Source of the DNA: Sulfolobales archaeon
Lineage (GTDB): Archaea; Thermoproteota; Thermoprotei_A; Sulfolobales; NBVN01
Length of the DNA stretch: 64,000 bases
NCBI GenBank assembly: GCA_038844925.1
Contig: JAWBQY010000004.1
Location: 7,425-71,424, forward strand
Direction of reading: 5' to 3'
The notes beneath the pieces were generated by a model. That model was given only the letters and a program-made list of their open reading frames with translations, was not told where the DNA came from and did not search any database. Below are positions 60,349 to 64,000 of this stretch, piece by piece. The position numbers and the translations under genes are program-made. Positions within the stretch are counted from its first letter, which is position 1; each line of letters begins with the position of its first letter.

Positions 60349-63300
60349 ATGGTCGTAGCTCATAATGAAGTGAGAGTTGCTGATGTGGGCATGTATCTTG
60401 ATGCATGTCCTAATTGTGGGGGTGCTATAAGCGATCATAGGTTAGTGAAGGCATTGCCGTGTACGTCGTGCTTACCTGAGTTAGGTGGTGAGGTCGGTCT
60501 TGAAGGAGTTATTAAGTTGATGGAGAGATTAGGGACGCTTAAGGAGTTAAGAAAGTTATATGAAGATGATGAAGAAGTTAAGGAGATGGCTAAATTTTTC
60601 GAAAGGTGTGTTGGGAGTAAGCCTTGGAGTATTCAAGTAATGTGGCTTCGCAGACTAGTTAGGAATGCGTCTTTTGCTATGATAGCCCCTACTGGAATAG
60701 GTAAAACCACTTTCGGCCTCATAGTGGCTATATACTACGCTACTAAGGGGTTTAAGTCTTATATTATTGTACCTACAACTATGTTAGCATTACAGATTGA
60801 GAGAAAGCTTAAAGAATATGTTGAGAAGTCTGGCAGTTTTGACGTTAAGTACGTAGTTATCCATTCGAAAATACCTAAGAGGGAACGTATTTTAAGGGAG
60901 GAGGCGTTAGATGATGAAAGCGGGTTTCATATCTTAGTAACAACTTCTAGATACTTAATGAGAAACTACGATAAGGTTTTAAGACATAGATTTAAGTTCA
61001 TATTCGTTGATGATGTTGATGCAGTCTTAAGGGGCTCTAAGGCTGTAGACTTAATTATAAAGTTGGCTGGGTATGAAGATTCAGATATTGAGCTAGCGTT
61101 GAAGGCTTTAAGGCTTCGGATGGGTGCAGGGACTAAGGAGGCTGAAGAGGACCTATCTAAGATTGAGGAAGTATTACTGAGTAAGAGGTTGAAGAATGAT
61201 AGTGTGGTTGTAATAGCAAGCGCTACAGGTAATCCGAGAGGTATTAGGGTAAAGCTGTTTAGAGAACTACTAGGGTTTGACATAGGGGCTAGACCTGAAT
61301 TCTTAAGAAATGTTTACGATTCTTTCCTCATCCCCTTAGAAGGTAGTGGGGTTGAGGAATGTGTTGTGGATGTTGTGAAAAGGCTTGGAGGCGGTGGCTT
61401 AGTATACGTACCTGTGGATAAGGGGGTAGAATATGCTGAACATATAGCTGATGTTTTAAATAGGAATGGAGTGAGGTCTGAGGCATTACACAGTAAGAAC
61501 GTTAAGGTGATAAACGAATTCATCGATGGGGAGGTATCGGTTTTAGTAGGGGTTGCAACGTACTATGGAGTATTAGTTAGAGGTATAGACCTTCCTGAGG
61601 TAATAAGATACGTGGTATTTGTAGGGGTTCCACGGCATAAGGTTCCTTTAAGGACTACTGAATTAGGTCCTCGCGATGTTCTAAGGCTTCTCACAGTAGT
61701 GCGTGGTATAGTTAAAGAGAGGGAGGAGAGGGAAGAGCTTGATAGGTTAATACTACTACTAAGGAGGAGGCTTACCCGTGCGTACCCAGAGGCGTTGGTT
61801 AAGGCTAGGGAAGTATTGGCCGGTATTAGGAATGCTGAAAATGCTTTGGAGAAAGACCTGATGAGGGCGTATGACAAACTTCGGAAGTACTTAGCTAGGG
61901 GGGACTTTATCGAGGAACTTAAGAGGCATAGTGAGGTCTCAGTTGTTGAGGAGGGAGGTAGTCTATACGTATTACTACCCGATGTTGCTACGTACATACA
62001 GGCTAGTGGGAGGACCTCAAGGCTGTTCCCAGGAGGTATTAGTAGGGGGCTTTCAGTAGTAGTTGTCGATGATTTAAGACTACTTAAAGGGTTGGAGTCT
62101 AAGGCTAAGTGGTTAGTTGATGGGTTTGAGTTTAAAGACCTGAGGGCTACGGATTTAGATAAGTTGACTAAGGAGATAGACCTTGATAGGGAGTTAATAA
62201 AGTCCTTAAAGAGTGGTTTATTGAGTTGGTCGGAGATCGGTAAGTTAGGTAGGGAGTTCTCACAACCTACAACTATTTTACTCGTAGTTGAATCGCCTAA
62301 TAAGGCGAGAACTATAGCGAGGTTTTTCGGCAAGCCAAGCCTCCGTGATTATGGTGGGTTGAGGGTTTATGAAGTAAGTCTCGGTAGGTACGTCTTACTG
62401 ATAACTGCTACTGGAGGGCACGTATTCGACATAATAAACCGCCTAACTGATTTGGAAAACGTTTACGGGGTAGCATATGAGGAGGTAGGCAGTAGGTTTA
62501 GATTCGTGCCGGTGTATTCATCTATAAAGAGGTGTCTTAAATGTGGGTATCAATTCACAGAATCTGCTGATAAGTGCCCTATATGCGGCTCTCGAATGAT
62601 TAGAGATGCAAGATCTGTTATAAACTCTATGAGGGGTATAGCATACGAGGTTGATGAGGTTCTCATCGGAACGGATCCGGATACTGAGGGTGAGAAGATA
62701 GGTTACGACATATACGCACTATTAAGACCTTATGCTAGGAGTATAAAGAGGGTTGAATTCCATGAAGTTACTAGGAAGGCAATACTCCACGCGCTGAGCA
62801 CGCCTAGGGATTTAAACTTAAACTTAGTTAGAGCGCAAGTCGTCCGTAGGGTTGAGGATAGGTGGTTAGGCTTCTCACTTTCCTACCTCTTACAAACAGA
62901 TTTCTGGAGGAAGTACTGTAGGGAAAATCGAAGACTGTCTTCAGACCCCAAATGTAGTGAGGGATTTAACAGGAATTTAAGTGCTGGGAGGGTTCAGACA
63001 CCTGTACTTGGGTGGGTGGTTAAACATTACGAGGACTACTTAAGCAGTAGGAAGAAGTTCTTAACTTTAAATTTAAGCGGGGTTCACTTAAGCATACCGT
63101 TACCTAAGGATTTAGAATACATTAGCGATAGCGATGTAAGTAGGGTATTGGTCAGAGTTCTTAAGATTGATGAGAGTGTGGAGGAGGTAGGGCCGCTACC
63201 ACCTTATACTACTGATACGTTACTCTCAGATATAGCATCACTACTGCATATACCTGTGCCTCAGGCGATGGAACTCTTACAGGACTTATTTGAGACAGGC

Positions 63301-64000
63301 TTCATAACCTACCACAGGACTGATAGTACTAGAGTTTCAGATACTGGTATTTCGATAGCAAGGGAATACTTAAATACTACATTGGGTGTTGATGCCGTTA
63401 AGTACTTCACACCTAGGGTGTGGAGTCATGAGGGAGCCCACGAATGTATAAGGCCTACAAGACCTGCAGATGCTGAAACCATATTTAGGTTGATAAGTGA
63501 GGGCGTCTTAGAGCCTACGGTAAAGTTGAGTAGGAAGCATTTAAGCATCTACAACTTAGTGTTTAATAGGTTTATAGCTAGTCAGTCGAAGCCGGCAATT
63601 GTTAAGAAGCAGAAGGCATTATTAGAAATCTCAATAATTCTTAACGATGGTAGGGACTTAAAGGTTAGTGATACACCCATAGAATTAGAAGGTATTGTAG
63701 AGGTAGTCTTCGACGGGTTTACAAAGTTCTACAGGTACTTCAAGGTCAGTAGTCCATTGCGTGAGGAGACCTACGAAGTCCTTAAGGGGGACTTTAAGGT
63801 AGTGGTGAGGAGTACTACGCAATTACTGACTCAGGCGAGCTTGATAAGTAGGATGAAGGAGGAAGGTATAGGTAGGCCGAGTACTTACGCTAAGATTCTT
63901 GAAACGTTATTTAAGCGTAATTACGTAATAGAGAGTAGGAAGAGGGGGTACTTAATACCTACGCAGTTAGGTACTAAGGTGTATTACTATCTTGTAGACC
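60349..64000 (+). CDS. rgy: Reverse gyrase, runs off the window end; absent from the ORF track
   Basis: CPNCGG..LPCTSC, APTGIGKT, VDDVD, YIQASGRTSR, VESPNKA, DPDTEGE, SAGRVQTP, ITYHRTDS. Confidence 0.96.
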   Translation, partial: MVVAHNEVRVADVGMYLDACPNCGGAISDHRLVKALPCTSCLPELGGEVGLEGVIKLMERLGTLKELRKLYEDDEEVKEMAKFFERCVGSKPWSIQVMWLRRLVRNASFAMIAPTGIGKTTFGLIVAIYYATKGFKSYIIVPTTMLALQIERKLKEYVEKSGSFDVKYVVIHSKIPKRERILREEALDDESGFHILVTTSRYLMRNYDKVLRHRFKFIFVDDVDAVLRGSKAVDLIIKLAGYEDSDIELALKALRLRMGAGTKEAEEDLSKIEEVLLSKRLKNDSVVVIASATGNPRGIRVKLFRELLGFDIGARPEFLRNVYDSFLIPLEGSGVEECVVDVVKRLGGGGLVYVPVDKGVEYAEHIADVLNRNGVRSEALHSKNVKVINEFIDGEVSVLVGVATYYGVLVRGIDLPEVIRYVVFVGVPRHKVPLRTTELGPRDVLRLLTVVRGIVKEREEREELDRLILLLRRRLTRAYPEALVKAREVLAGIRNAENALEKDLMRAYDKLRKYLARGDFIEELKRHSEVSVVEEGGSLYVLLPDVATYIQASGRTSRLFPGGISRGLSVVVVDDLRLLKGLESKAKWLVDGFEFKDLRATDLDKLTKEIDLDRELIKSLKSGLLSWSEIGKLGREFSQPTTILLVVESPNKARTIARFFGKPSLRDYGGLRVYEVSLGRYVLLITATGGHVFDIINRLTDLENVYGVAYEEVGSRFRFVPVYSSIKRCLKCGYQFTESADKCPICGSRMIRDARSVINSMRGIAYEVDEVLIGTDPDTEGEKIGYDIYALLRPYARSIKRVEFHEVTRKAILHALSTPRDLNLNLVRAQVVRRVEDRWLGFSLSYLLQTDFWRKYCRENRRLSSDPKCSEGFNRNLSAGRVQTPVLGWVVKHYEDYLSSRKKFLTLNLSGVHLSIPLPKDLEYISDSDVSRVLVRVLKIDESVEEVGPLPPYTTDTLLSDIASLLHIPVPQAMELLQDLFETGFITYHRTDSTRVSDTGISIAREYLNTTLGVDAVKYFTPRVWSHEGAHECIRPTRPADAETIFRLISEGVLEPTVKLSRKHLSIYNLVFNRFIASQSKPAIVKKQKALLEISIILNDGRDLKVSDTPIELEGIVEVVFDGFTKFYRYFKVSSPLREETYEVLKGDFKVVVRSTTQLLTQASLISRMKEEGIGRPSTYAKILETLFKRNYVIESRKRGYLIPTQLGTKVYYYLVD

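Noticed and set aside
60966..62333. Minus-strand ORFs of 105, 69 and 256 aa
   Set aside because: Antisense shadows of reverse gyrase, which the track missed because it runs off the window

Overview
64 kb of core chromosome from a hyperthermophilic crenarchaeon, probably Desulfurococcales-like (Cren7, Ced DNA-import genes, Elf1, reverse gyrase, intron-containing tRNAs). Most genes are housekeeping: translation and RNA modification, replication (Orc1/Cdc6, RFC, PCNA, PriL, TopA, Rgy), thermosome, proteasome beta, a 2-oxoacid:ferredoxin oxidoreductase operon, AOR, and an A/V-ATPase operon whose A subunit carries a 502-aa intein. The intergenic DNA holds features the ORF track misses: a four-ORB replication origin (34.26-34.60 kb), RNase P RNA, tRNA-Cys and tRNA-His with introns, six box C/D sRNA candidates, an H/ACA sRNA whose pocket fits pre-tRNA-Tyr U35, a K-loop ncRNA candidate, small genes (rpl40e, Sec61-beta, cedA2) and a 28-aa Glu/Trp peptide ORF. 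The best candidate for an undescribed system is a pair of related ~270-325 bp elements (11.66-11.93 kb and 57.61-57.94 kb). Each is bounded by imperfect inverted repeats and holds a TATA-like box plus a structured RNA reading out through one end. One keeps only the last ~26 codons of a TnpB-like gene on the opposite strand, which suggests stand-alone guide-RNA cassettes. Other points: a catalytically degenerate TtuA paralogue (CTU2/Ncs2-like) and several conserved genes that seem to need non-canonical start codons. No CRISPR array or rRNA was seen. All calls are by eye, and RNA targets rest on recalled rRNA/tRNA consensus sequences that are not in the window.
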